NCBI GenBank assembly: GCA_002011125.2
Contig: MTMF02000009.1
Coordinates: forward strand, 160,001 to 224,000
Reading direction: 5' to 3'
Source of the DNA: Candidatus Hydrothermarchaeum profundi
GTDB lineage: Archaea > Hydrothermarchaeota > Hydrothermarchaeia > Hydrothermarchaeales > Hydrothermarchaeaceae
DNA length: 64,000 nucleotides
The notes beneath the pieces are model-generated. The model searched no databases. It was given only the letters and a program-made list of their open reading frames with translations, and was not told the DNA's origin. A program made the position numbers and the translations under genes. Within the stretch, counting starts at the first letter, position 1, and every line of letters begins with the position of its first letter. Below are positions 30,552 to 40,194 of this stretch, in pieces.

Positions 30552-32801
30552 CTATTTCCTTCCAAGTAGGGGTAGTAATTCTTTAATCTCTACTTTTTTC
30601 CTCACCATAATGACTGTTTTATTTGTTCTCTTTATGAATCTTTCAGGGAAAGCCCCCTTCACAAAATTTTTAATAAACGGCTGATTCGATGCACCTATTA
30701 TAATGAGGTCATACTCCTTAGCCCTCTCTACCAGGGCCCTAATCTTATTTTTTGTAAATTCAACTATAATATCCTCTTCGATTCCTTGAGATTGTTTGAG
30801 TTTCTCCAAATTTGCATATATTTTGTTTTTATCCGCATCAATGCTAGCGACATGGAGATAGCAGACTGTTGAATTAAGAGTTTTGCACAAGTCTTTTGCA
30901 ATTCTATTAGCGGTATATATGTGAGGGCCGCCAGCCGTGGGTACTAGTATCCTCTTGATATTGCTAACTTTAAAGCCTTGTTCAAACCTTACTACCGCGA
31001 CATCACATGGAGCTTTGAAAAGAAGTTGATCAATCGTGCTCCCTAAGATATAATCCCTCTTGTAAGTTCTTCCCCTGAAACCAATTATAAGCATGTCTGG
31101 TTTTTCTTCCTCTATCGTGTTTAGTATTGCATCTGGGATATTATGAGAAATCTTCAATACCTTATTCACAGGTATTTCCTCTGGTACCTTTAGTTTTTTT
31201 AACAGCTCCCGCCTCTTTTCAACGTATTTTTCTCCAGCAGATAGAGGCGTCTGCGCAGGTAATTTCATTATTGAAAGAATTACTATCTCTCCGTCTTTTG
31301 CTTTTGCTATTGTGCTCGCTAGAGATACTAGGTTTTCTGCAGTAGCAGGATTAGCCACAGAGACCATGATCTTATAGTGCTTTTCTTCTAGTGCTTTTTC
31401 CTGGAAAACTGTCTTGAACTCTTCTCCAAGTTTCTCTTTCCTTTTTTCCTTCGAATAAGAAACATAAACTATTGAACCGAGGGCTAGCCAGCCGATGCAA
31501 GCTGAAAGCGCTAGCATTCCATGCTCTAATTCTTTAATTAAAAAATAAGCGATTAGAACTTGAAGTATTATTGCAGTTAAAGGAACATACGGTACTAACG
31601 GCACTTTAAATACCCTTTTTACATTTGGTGCCTTATATCTGAGCATTATTAATGCCATATTGACCTGTATGAACAGCAATATGAACATTATATCGGTAGA
31701 GGCGGCAATCGCCTCTATAGGGAGAGCGAGAGCCATGAAAGCTATTATGATATATGTGAAGAAAATAGAGTAGTAGGGAGTCTTGTTGGTCTCATGAAGC
31801 TTACTCAGCCTTTTATCAAGCAGACCATCTCTTGCTAATGCAAAGCTTACCCTAGAGGAGGAGTATATAGTGGCATTCATTGCACTAGCAGTAGAAACAA
31901 GACCTGCGAATAAAAGGATAGCTGTTCCAAAAGGCATTATCTGATTTGCGGTTCTTATTAAACCGAGTTCAGCCAACCCCCCTAAGTACTCCCACGTTGG
32001 CATGCTTGTTACTACTGAACCTAAAACAGAAAAAGCCACAAGAATGTATATTACCACCGCTACCCATAGGGAGACAAAAATAGCCCGAGGGATATTCCTA
32101 TTAGGATTCTTAGCTTCTTCACCACTTTGTACAATAATCTCATACCCTTCAAAAGCTATATATGTTAGCCCCATTGCTGCTAAGACTCCTGTGATTCCCG
32201 TGGGGAAAAAGGAGGGATCCTCAAATGCCCCTACCCAATTAGGTCTAGAAATAGTCCTATATACACCAAACGCTATGAATAGCAGTAGGATGGAAACTTT
32301 AGAAAGAGTTATAAAAGACCCTACTCTCGCTGTCTCTTTTACTCCTTTATAATTAATGTAGATTAAGATAGAAATCGCAACAAACGTCGAAAATTTCACT
32401 AAAATTATTCTCGGAATAGGTACAATCCCTACGAAAATCTCAGCGAAAAATGCTCCGAATGTTACAGCATATAGTGCACAGGCAACTGAGTGAGCAAACC
32501 AATCAACCCACCCTGCAAGAAAGCTATAAGAATGGCCAAACGCCTCTCTTATCCACACATAGCCCCCACCTGCTCCGGGTATTGCCGAGGATAGCTCCGC
32601 ATATGCTGACGCCGTTATGGTAGCGATTATTCCATTGAAGAAAAAAGCAAGAATCAAGGCAGGCCCAGCCAATCCGGCTGCTATGCCTGTTAAAGCAAAG
32701 ACTCCAGCGCCAATCATCCCAGCGATTCCGATCATTGTTATATCCAAAAGGCCGAGTTCCCTGCTTAGCTTTACTTTGACTTCTTGGTCAGAATCCTGCA
32801 T
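30552..32801 (-). CDS. APC-family amino acid permease fused to two universal-stress-protein domains
   Basis: GMIGAGVF, YAELSSAIP.AGG.Y, FEGYE; C-terminal ANPAT...APCDV and VPTAGGPH USP domains. Confidence 0.92.
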   Translation of the reverse strand: MQDSDQEVKVKLSRELGLLDITMIGIAGMIGAGVFALTGIAAGLAGPALILAFFFNGIIATITASAYAELSSAIPGAGGGYVWIREAFGHSYSFLAGWVDWFAHSVACALYAVTFGAFFAEIFVGIVPIPRIILVKFSTFVAISILIYINYKGVKETARVGSFITLSKVSILLLFIAFGVYRTISRPNWVGAFEDPSFFPTGITGVLAAMGLTYIAFEGYEIIVQSGEEAKNPNRNIPRAIFVSLWVAVVIYILVAFSVLGSVVTSMPTWEYLGGLAELGLIRTANQIMPFGTAILLFAGLVSTASAMNATIYSSSRVSFALARDGLLDKRLSKLHETNKTPYYSIFFTYIIIAFMALALPIEAIAASTDIMFILLFIQVNMALIMLRYKAPNVKRVFKVPLVPYVPLTAIILQVLIAYFLIKELEHGMLALSACIGWLALGSIVYVSYSKEKRKEKLGEEFKTVFQEKALEEKHYKIMVSVANPATAENLVSLASTIAKAKDGEIVILSIMKLPAQTPLSAGEKYVEKRRELLKKLKVPEEIPVNKVLKISHNIPDAILNTIEEEKPDMLIIGFRGRTYKRDYILGSTIDQLLFKAPCDVAVVRFEQGFKVSNIKRILVPTAGGPHIYTANRIAKDLCKTLNSTVCYLHVASIDADKNKIYANLEKLKQSQGIEEDIIVEFTKNKIRALVERAKEYDLIIIGASNQPFIKNFVKGAFPERFIKRTNKTVIMVRKKVEIKELLPLLGRK

Positions 32802-33100
32802 AATTAAGCGTTCATCACCATATATTTAGAACTTTCCATAGTAACCATTGACTCGGTGCTTAAGCTATAACCTCTCTGATAATAAGTTAACAAAAATTTT
32901 CAACAATAATTTAGCGAATAGCAAATGTATATATCGATCTTTTTGAATTTAATTTTAAAATATCTCAGGAAATATAAGACATTGTTGTATTTTTATACAA
33001 TAAATTCGGCATATTAGTGTTATTTAGTTTTAACTTTTGTTTATTATTTGAATTTTAATCCAAAAAATATATATATCAGTAATTTATTTAAATTTAAGTA

Positions 33101-33177
33101 GATGGCAAGGTAGGAGCGGTTTTCACCTCCTCCAAAACCCCCCTCATTTCTCCTACCCTTGCCAATACTCTTTTTTT
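33101..33177 (+). ncRNA. Candidate small RNA with an anti-SD loop
   Basis: Outer stem TGGCAAGGTAGGAG / CTCCTACCCTTGCCA; inner stem GGTTTT/AAAACC closing the loop CACCTCCTCC; TATA-like ATATATAT about 25-30 nt upstream; T7 tract downstream. Confidence 0.6.
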
Positions 33178-33341
33178 ATTAAATCTTGTATAAAAATAGA
33201 ACGTTTATTTTAATCCAGCAAAAAGCTACCAAAGGTAAGAAGGTTTATATACGAGAGAAGCAAAGCGTTGTGCGGTATATATTGATTAGGCTTCTTTTCT
33301 GAAGTTTAAGCATTATATAACTAGAATATATAGGTGAAATA

Positions 33342-33500
33342 ATGGTATATGGAAATAGTAGTTTCGGCAGTCCTAGAGAGATGCATAAAATTACTTGCTC
33401 TGACTGTGGCCAGGAAGCCGAAGTTCCTTTCAAGCCCGACGGTACAAGACCTGTCTATTGTAGGGACTGTTACACGAAGCGTAGGCCAAAGAGATATTAG
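33342..33500 (+). CDS. CxxC-x17-CxxC domain zinc-ribbon protein (52 aa), not in the ORF track
   Basis: PREMHKITCSDCGQEAEVPFKPDGTRPVYCRDCY; AGGTGA RBS; hairpin plus T-tract downstream (33501-33558). Confidence 0.92.
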   Translation: MVYGNSSFGSPREMHKITCSDCGQEAEVPFKPDGTRPVYCRDCYTKRRPKRY

Positions 33501-33714
33501 AGGACGTATAGATAATCTCTGCTAATAAATTAGCGGAAGAATCTTATATCCTTTTTTTAATTTTTTTTCTCTATTTTTTACTAAATACCTCTAACGATCT
33601 TTAACAGATTAGCTTAGATACCCCGAGGAGAAGTTCGAGGAAAAGTCTGAGTAATTTCTCTTGCCGGAATCTTGCATTAGAAATTCTAGAAAATTAGAAT
33701 AGAGGCTTTAATTT

Positions 33715-36666
33715 TTAATCACAAAGTTTATCGATTGCTATGTAATCGGTGTAAACTTCAATTTCTCCCTCACAACATGCCTCGATGTGTACTTTCCCGG
33801 AGAAATATGGATTATCCCTGTCTTCATATCTTATAACTTCGTTTCCATTGATGAAGACTGCTATATTATTTTTGTTAGCTATTAGCTGAAGTGTATGCCA
33901 TCCTTCACCAATCCTTGTATCTCTGGATACTAGACTCGGATGTCTTAGCTCGTTTCCAACTTTTATTGTCTTAGAAAGAGAGATATGCTCTTTCTGTAGA
34001 TTAACAAAGTATCTACCATTCTCATTTTCCCTAAAGCCCAGATGTATGCTCCCTTTCGAGATATTAAACTTCAGCTTGATTGAAAAATCGCTGAAAATCT
34101 TGTGTAACTCGATGAATGCGTGTCCTCTACCAATAGCTATACCATCTTCTATTCCCCAGCCTCTTTCAACCCTCCAACTCCTAAATGTGGTGAAGTTATC
34201 CTCAAAGAGCATTCCACAGGTCTTCAGGTAGTATACGCATCCTATATCCTTATCCCACATATCAGTCGTCTTCGAGTCTCCATCATCGCAACATCCTTGG
34301 AAGAACTCTTCAACATATTTGCACTCTCCTCTTATACATGTAAAGAAGCCACATTCCTTTCTCCCAGAGCATCCCTCAACCTCTCCGTTAATAAACTCAT
34401 ACTCGCATCTTCTCGAGGTAAAATTATAAGAGTCCTTGGTGCACGGATTAAAATCATCGCAATTTATCTTATGAAATCTGCCATACTTATAGTATTTCTT
34501 TAAAAATTCGCTGAAATTCGCATCAAAGACTAGTGGTGGCTCAGTTGGCAGATGCTGTTCACCTCTCCATGGATAGAAGAAGTATCCTTTCACTTTCCCT
34601 AACGTTTCTTCAAAAAGAATACTCCATGCTTGCTCTATAACTTCTTCAACTGCTCTGCCCTTTTTAACTTCTTCAGCTAAAAATTGCTCAGGGATTCCCA
34701 CTTCCGAGCCGAGAATTATACCTTTGGTTTTATCTCTTTGATTCAGGATTTCAAGAAAGCTTAAAAAGTTTCTCACAAACCACCGGTAGTCCTCGTAACT
34801 TTTGGAAAATTCCGCATGCTTCGGATCAAAAAAGTAGGTGTTGTCGAAAATATCTGCCGAGACATAGTCATAGCCACTGAAATTCCAGAAGCTAAGATCA
34901 CCTTCTGGTCCAATACCATACTTAATCCATGCGATCTCGCCTTTAGGATGAAGCACTTCTCCACGATAAACTTCTCTTATCTTTGGCAAAATCTCTCTTG
35001 CCCATTTTTTACTATGGTTCCAGTCAACAAATAGATTCATTTCACACCATGGCGAAAACATATCTACTTTTTCTTCCTCAGCAAACTTCGCCGCTCTTAT
35101 CACAAATTTCGTTGCTTCTTCGAGAAATTCCTCCTGATTATCAAATGGACCATGCTCGCCTTCTACTCCATGTGTGTTAAACTCTGGTGACTTGCCTTCT
35201 ATCCAGTACTCTGGGTAGATCTGTAGTAAGACTTTAAGTCCTGCTGCTTTGGCTTCTCTTATCCTAGCCCTAACGTCTTCTAACCTCGATCCTCTCCATT
35301 CGACCTTTTCTTCTGGCAGGATTTCCCCAGTATCCCAATCAATTTCTATCCAGTACATTATGGCAACCCAGTTGGCTCCAATGTTCTTTGCAATTTTTAT
35401 TCCTTCTTTATCGTGAGGATGAATAACAACTCCCCTTACCTCTGGTAGAGTAACTGTGTAATAGCTTTTGATAACATTCATAGGGCCATCGCCCTGTCTC
35501 CCTGCTATGATTCTATCCATATATCTATGCCCATCCCTCTCCCTTTCAATCTCAAATTGGGTTATAATATCCCCTGGCACCCATGACCAAAACGAGTATC
35601 CATCAACCTTTCCATAACTTTCCTCAAAAATGATATTATATAGCTTCATTTTTGCTTTTTCCATTTCCTGCTCAGAGAGATTCCCATGACCCCAGAATTC
35701 TGTTCCTTTTTTTAACATTTCTTGGTTTGATTCAGGCGGCATAATTTCAGGCCCAAAGATTATTCCCTCTGCCTGATATCTCTCTTTAAAATAGGTTGAG
35801 ATGCTGAGAAGCCATCTAATTAGCTTTCTAAAATCTTGATAAGTCCTAACTCCCCCACTAAGAGGGCTACCTGTCGTAAAGACATCCGTAGACACATAGT
35901 CATAACCAGAGAAATTAAATCCACTAAAGTTATAGGCAGACTTTGCGTCGAGAAAGTTGAGCTGGGCTGTCTCGGGGTTTAAATCTATCTTTTGCACCAA
36001 CTTACCGGAGTATCTCTTCCTAACCTCTGAAATTAGAGAATTAGCCCAATCAAAGGCGCTTATATCTTTAAAAACCAAATAAAGCTGTCCCGCAGAAATA
36101 GGAGTGAAGATTTCAACATCTTCCTGCTCACATTTCTCCGCCCAGGCTAATATAACTGGCTTTAAATTCTTTTTGACATTCTCTTGCGCATCCCTAGAAA
36201 GCCCTCTGAATTCCTGAGGATTCAATTCAAATAAAAATGCGCCTTCCCTCTCTCCAGGGTACATTTTTTCTAAAGGTGTTCTAATTACAAACCAAACCTT
36301 TAATCCCCTCTCATGAGCCTTTCTTATCAGAGCCAATGCCTCAGATGAGTCTATCCCATATCTCGCAATATTCCCATCGGTATCGAGGAATATTTCTTGC
36401 GTAATAACTACGTAGTTTGCCCCAGCCTTGCGTGCCTTATCTATTGTTTCTACTTCCAGAGGGTTGAGTGCTAACGCTCTTATTTTGATTTCCTCATTCG
36501 GCTTTATTTCTTCGGTGCTCCCTATCTCTTCTCTAATACCCTCTACGCTCTCTATTTCTTGAATTTCTATGGGTCGTTCTTTTAAAGTAGGCTGCTCTTT
36601 CAGAAATATTCCAACCGAAAAGATTGTAATGAGAACTATGAAAATTAACAACTTCTTTTTCAACAT
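33715..36666 (-). CDS. Large secreted/anchored protein: two GH-A clan (GH113-like) TIM barrels, Cys-rich repeats and a concanavalin/DUF1080-like C-terminal domain
   Basis: N-terminal TM; internal duplication (IRKAHERGLKV / IREAKAAGLKV; NFSGYDYVSTDVF / NFSGYDYVSADIF; KVDGYSFW / KVKGYFFY); CDDFNPCTKD repeats; LFEDNF...WHTLQL...VFING...SGKV. Confidence 0.72.
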   Translation of the reverse strand: MLKKKLLIFIVLITIFSVGIFLKEQPTLKERPIEIQEIESVEGIREEIGSTEEIKPNEEIKIRALALNPLEVETIDKARKAGANYVVITQEIFLDTDGNIARYGIDSSEALALIRKAHERGLKVWFVIRTPLEKMYPGEREGAFLFELNPQEFRGLSRDAQENVKKNLKPVILAWAEKCEQEDVEIFTPISAGQLYLVFKDISAFDWANSLISEVRKRYSGKLVQKIDLNPETAQLNFLDAKSAYNFSGFNFSGYDYVSTDVFTTGSPLSGGVRTYQDFRKLIRWLLSISTYFKERYQAEGIIFGPEIMPPESNQEMLKKGTEFWGHGNLSEQEMEKAKMKLYNIIFEESYGKVDGYSFWSWVPGDIITQFEIERERDGHRYMDRIIAGRQGDGPMNVIKSYYTVTLPEVRGVVIHPHDKEGIKIAKNIGANWVAIMYWIEIDWDTGEILPEEKVEWRGSRLEDVRARIREAKAAGLKVLLQIYPEYWIEGKSPEFNTHGVEGEHGPFDNQEEFLEEATKFVIRAAKFAEEEKVDMFSPWCEMNLFVDWNHSKKWAREILPKIREVYRGEVLHPKGEIAWIKYGIGPEGDLSFWNFSGYDYVSADIFDNTYFFDPKHAEFSKSYEDYRWFVRNFLSFLEILNQRDKTKGIILGSEVGIPEQFLAEEVKKGRAVEEVIEQAWSILFEETLGKVKGYFFYPWRGEQHLPTEPPLVFDANFSEFLKKYYKYGRFHKINCDDFNPCTKDSYNFTSRRCEYEFINGEVEGCSGRKECGFFTCIRGECKYVEEFFQGCCDDGDSKTTDMWDKDIGCVYYLKTCGMLFEDNFTTFRSWRVERGWGIEDGIAIGRGHAFIELHKIFSDFSIKLKFNISKGSIHLGFRENENGRYFVNLQKEHISLSKTIKVGNELRHPSLVSRDTRIGEGWHTLQLIANKNNIAVFINGNEVIRYEDRDNPYFSGKVHIEACCEGEIEVYTDYIAIDKLCD

Positions 36667-36733
36667 AATATCTTATATAGCTAATAAAATTAAAATTCTT
36701 CTCTTATCCCTTTTGGATATTCTTTCTCCTTTC

Positions 36734-36757
36734 AAATGCGGTGAAGTTATCCTCAAA
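36734..36757. repeat. 24-bp direct repeat (23/24 identical) with 34183-34206
   Basis: AAATGCGGTGAAGTTATCCTCAAA vs AAATGTGGTGAAGTTATCCTCAAA. Confidence 0.8.
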
Positions 36758-36801
36758 CTTATTTTCTTATCACATGGGTTTAGTACTCCGCTTAATAATC
36801 T

Positions 36802-36990
36802 CTACTGGTTTTCACCACTTTTTCCACCTTTCCTAGGCTTCCACCCATACCGGAGATCCTCTATAAAATCTCTAATAAGACACTTATTCTCAGAGTCTAC
36901 GTTGCTTTTGTCTAAAAGAGTAAATTCGTATTGAAGCCTTTTATCGAAATTGTGTATGTCACGCCCCTCTTTTACCGTTCGTTTAGCTAT
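36802..36990 (-). pseudogene. Truncated N-terminus of a putative archaeal tyrosine integrase
   Basis: Frame reads ...RDIHNFDKRLQYEFTLLDKSNVDSENKCLIRDFIEDLRYG...stop, resembling the DIHN..RL...S.ENK.LI..F starts of archaeal integrases; lies just downstream of the tRNA 3' end; no ATG found. Confidence 0.55.
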
Positions 36991-37042
36991 GGAGACATCT
37001 ACTATAAATAAGTTTTTTGGGGATTTGACCCTTTGTATTATA

Positions 37043-37116
37043 AGCCCCCGGGGGGATTTGAACCCCCGACCGCCTGATTACAAGTCAGGCGCTCTGGCCA
37101 ACTGAGCTACGGAGGC
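37043..37116 (-). tRNA. tRNA-Thr(UGU)
   Basis: GCCTCCGTAGCTCAGTTGGCCAGAGCGCCTGACTTGTAATCAGGCGGTCGGGGGTTCAAATCCCCCCGGGGGCT folds as a cloverleaf with anticodon TGT; no intron, no encoded CCA. Confidence 0.97.
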
Positions 37117-37154
37117 GTCAGAATTTAAATACATGGTTAACGAAAAAAGTATTT

Positions 37155-37778
37155 ATGATTTGCGGGATAGACGAAGCGGGTAGAGGTCCGGTGCTTGGAG
37201 ACTTAGTTATCGCTGGAGTCGCATGTAACGAAGAAAACGAGGAGTATATGCGTGGTATTGGAGTACAAGACTCTAAAAAAGTTAGCTCTAGAGTTAGGGA
37301 GAGACTCTACAAAGTCATAACGTCAAAATTCGAATATTGTCTCATAAAAATTACGCCCCAAGAACTTGACAGGTCAAATATAAACCTCCTTGAGGCAATG
37401 AAATTCGCTGAGGTAATAAATACTCTAATGCCTAATGTGGCTTATGTTGATTGCGCAGATGTAGCTCCTAGTAATTTTTTTAAAAACCTGTCAAAATATC
37501 TCTTCCACAGCTGTAGCCTTGTAATCGAGCATAAGGCGGATGAAAAGTACCCTGTAGTTTCTGCTGCCAGTATAGTGGCAAAAGTAGAGAGGGATAGAAT
37601 TATCGAAAAGTTAAAAGAAGAATATGGAGATATCGGCAGTGGTTATCCTTCCGATCCCAAGACTGTAGCATTTCTTGAGAGGTGGTTAAAAGAGTATGGT
37701 ACACCACCACCCTTTGCTAGGAAAAAGTGGCGGACGCTTAGTAAGCTATCAAACTCAAGTCTTTTAGATTTTCTATAA
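37155..37778 (+). CDS. rnhB: Ribonuclease HII
   Basis: GIDEAGRGPVLG, DSKK, VSAASIVAKV, GSGYPSDP. Confidence 0.97.
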   Translation: MICGIDEAGRGPVLGDLVIAGVACNEENEEYMRGIGVQDSKKVSSRVRERLYKVITSKFEYCLIKITPQELDRSNINLLEAMKFAEVINTLMPNVAYVDCADVAPSNFFKNLSKYLFHSCSLVIEHKADEKYPVVSAASIVAKVERDRIIEKLKEEYGDIGSGYPSDPKTVAFLERWLKEYGTPPPFARKKWRTLSKLSNSSLLDFL

Positions 37779-37810
37779 ACAATTTTATTAGGCAAATCAT
37801 ATTTCCATAT

Positions 37811-39634
37811 ATGGGCAATAATCTTCTCATGTCTGTAAGAAAGCATCTCTTAGCGTATGTTATTGGGAGCACAGGGTGGGTTATTAACGCCATATATCTA
37901 GGTTATGAGTACCTTCGATATGGAACTGAATTTTATAAACACCTCGATGAACCCTTGCTAGAGCATATAATGATTATCCTAGCAATCCCTGTGTTCATGC
38001 TCGTCGGGCTTTTATTTAAAAAGCAGAAAGTAGCAGAAGAAGAGCTTAGAGAATCGGAGGAGAAATATAGGAGTCTTGTTGAAAACTCAATCGAAGGAGT
38101 GTGTATATCTAAAGGAAATCGTATATTGTTCGCTAATAAAGCTCTCTTAGATATTTTCGGCTATGAGTCGGTTGAGGAGTTCAGGAAAATACCCTTATTA
38201 GATCACTTTACTCCTGAGTTTAGAAACATAATAAAGGAAAGATTTGAGGGTAAAAAACGAAAAGAACCTACATTTTACCGGTTTGATTGCAAGGTTTTAA
38301 GAAAAGATGGGGAAATCCGTGATGTCGAAATATCTGCTTCCGAAGTTCAGATGAGGGGCGAGAAATATATTCAAAGTACATTTAGGGATATCACAGAACG
38401 TAAGAAAGCGGAAGAGAAGATAAAAAGAGATTATGAGATACAGCACACTATAACTTCTATCCTTCAGGTTTCATTGGAACCCATATCTCTTAAAGAAATG
38501 TTAAACCGTATTCTCGAGCTTATTCTCGCTATACCTTGGCTTTCATTTCAATCAAAAGGATGCATCCATTTGGTGGAGGATAAAAAAATTCTAAGTTTGA
38601 CCGCATATCATAGTTTCTCAAAAGCCCAAATAAACACTTGCTCGAAGGTTGACTTCGGCAGATGTCTATGCGGTAGATGTGCTGATACTCGTAGAATAAT
38701 TTTTTCCGGATGTGTAGATGAAGCGCATGAAATCGTATACAAAGACATGCCCCCTCATGGCCACTACTGTGTTCCAATTACCTCTGGCGAAAAACTTCTA
38801 GGAGTATTAAATATTTATGTTAAAGAAGGACACCAGAGGTCTCTAGAGGAGGAAGAATTCCTTTCGGCAGTCGCTAATGTTCTTTCTGGTATCATTGAAC
38901 GTAAACGTTCTGAAGAGCAGCTGAAAGAAGCCTTCGAAAGGCTTAAAGAACTTGATAAGATGAAGGACGATTTTCTTAGCACGGTCTCCCATGAACTTAG
39001 GACTCCTCTAACCTCTATTATTGGTTCCATTGATATCTTATTGGATGAATGTGAAGGTATTAATCAGAGAAAGTTACTTGAATTAGCTTTAAAGGAAGCA
39101 GTACGCCTTAATGATTTAATTGGCGACATCTTAGATATCACCAAAACTGAAAGTAGACTTCTAAGAATGACTTTGAAGCTTACTTCGCTGGATAAGTTAG
39201 TTGAAGAAGCTGTTGAGAGGGTAAAGGTTCATGCTCAGAAAAAAAGTATCTCAATAATTAAGCACATTCCTAAAGAGCTTCCGCAGGTAGAAGTAGATAA
39301 AGACCAGTTTAAGAGGGCTATTACAAATCTATTGGAGAACGCGATTAAATTTAATAAAGAAAACGGTACAGTCGCTATTGAAGCACGCGCTAAAGGAAAT
39401 TTTGTTGAAATAAGCGTAATCGATACTGGCATTGGTATACCTGAAAAGCATTTACCGAAAATTTTTGATAAGTTTTACCGCGTTGAAACTGGGACCGCTA
39501 GAAAATATAAAGGAACAGGTCTAGGACTCTACATTGTTAAAAAAATCATAGATGCTCATGGGGGGGACATCAGAGTTGAAAGTAAGGTAAATGAAGGAAG
39601 TAAGTTCACTATAAGACTCCCAATCAAAACATGA
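37811..39634 (+). CDS. Membrane PAS/GAF sensor histidine kinase
   Basis: 2 TM helices, PAS (RDITERK), GAF (CLCG, HGHYCVPI), SHELRTPL, NAIKF, DTGIG, GTGLGL. Confidence 0.95.
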   Translation: MGNNLLMSVRKHLLAYVIGSTGWVINAIYLGYEYLRYGTEFYKHLDEPLLEHIMIILAIPVFMLVGLLFKKQKVAEEELRESEEKYRSLVENSIEGVCISKGNRILFANKALLDIFGYESVEEFRKIPLLDHFTPEFRNIIKERFEGKKRKEPTFYRFDCKVLRKDGEIRDVEISASEVQMRGEKYIQSTFRDITERKKAEEKIKRDYEIQHTITSILQVSLEPISLKEMLNRILELILAIPWLSFQSKGCIHLVEDKKILSLTAYHSFSKAQINTCSKVDFGRCLCGRCADTRRIIFSGCVDEAHEIVYKDMPPHGHYCVPITSGEKLLGVLNIYVKEGHQRSLEEEEFLSAVANVLSGIIERKRSEEQLKEAFERLKELDKMKDDFLSTVSHELRTPLTSIIGSIDILLDECEGINQRKLLELALKEAVRLNDLIGDILDITKTESRLLRMTLKLTSLDKLVEEAVERVKVHAQKKSISIIKHIPKELPQVEVDKDQFKRAITNLLENAIKFNKENGTVAIEARAKGNFVEISVIDTGIGIPEKHLPKIFDKFYRVETGTARKYKGTGLGLYIVKKIIDAHGGDIRVESKVNEGSKFTIRLPIKT

Positions 39635-39639
39635 TTAAT

Positions 39640-40194
39640 TTAGTCCTCTGTATTCTTTTTTTCTTCGTAATTTGGAGTGTCTTCTCTATCTAATAGCCTT
39701 GCCATTTCCTTCTTTATTTTTTCTATTTCTCTTGGGAATCCAAAATAATCTGAAAATTTTTTAGTTGTTGTCAACAACTTAGTCCTACCCTTCGGTTCCG
39801 CAAGTATAAAATCCTTCATCGCCAGCTCTTTGATATGGGAATACGCTGAGTATCCCCTAGACTTTACAATTTCCGCTTGAGTGATAGGTTGTTTTAAGGC
39901 TATAAGGGACAGCGTCTTTAAAACTTCCTGAGAAACATCAGGTTTAACGAGATCTATCAATGGAGCAGTAAATATATCCCTTGCTTGCATTATATATCGT
40001 TCTTCACCTATTTTTCGGATTTCAATAGAACTGCCTCTCTCCTCATATCTCTTTTTCAGCTCTTCTACTATCTCCTTAACTCTATTTTTTTCGAGGCCTG
40101 AGATCTCAGAAAGTTTTGTAATTGAGATAGGATCAGTAGAAACGAAAAGGGCTGCTTCTATTAGCTGTTCTTCTCTCATTTTATCACGTATCAA
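39640..40194 (-). CDS. scpB: Condensin subunit ScpB
   Basis: IEAALF, TLSLIALKQPITQAEI...RG, TT.KF..YFG. Confidence 0.93.
   Translation of the reverse strand: MIRDKMREEQLIEAALFVSTDPISITKLSEISGLEKNRVKEIVEELKKRYEERGSSIEIRKIGEERYIMQARDIFTAPLIDLVKPDVSQEVLKTLSLIALKQPITQAEIVKSRGYSAYSHIKELAMKDFILAEPKGRTKLLTTTKKFSDYFGFPREIEKIKKEMARLLDREDTPNYEEKKNTED

Noticed and set aside
33619-33640. CCCCGAGGAGAAGTTCGA as the second att site of the tRNA-Thr island
   Set aside because: Similarity to the tRNA 3' half is too weak to distinguish from chance
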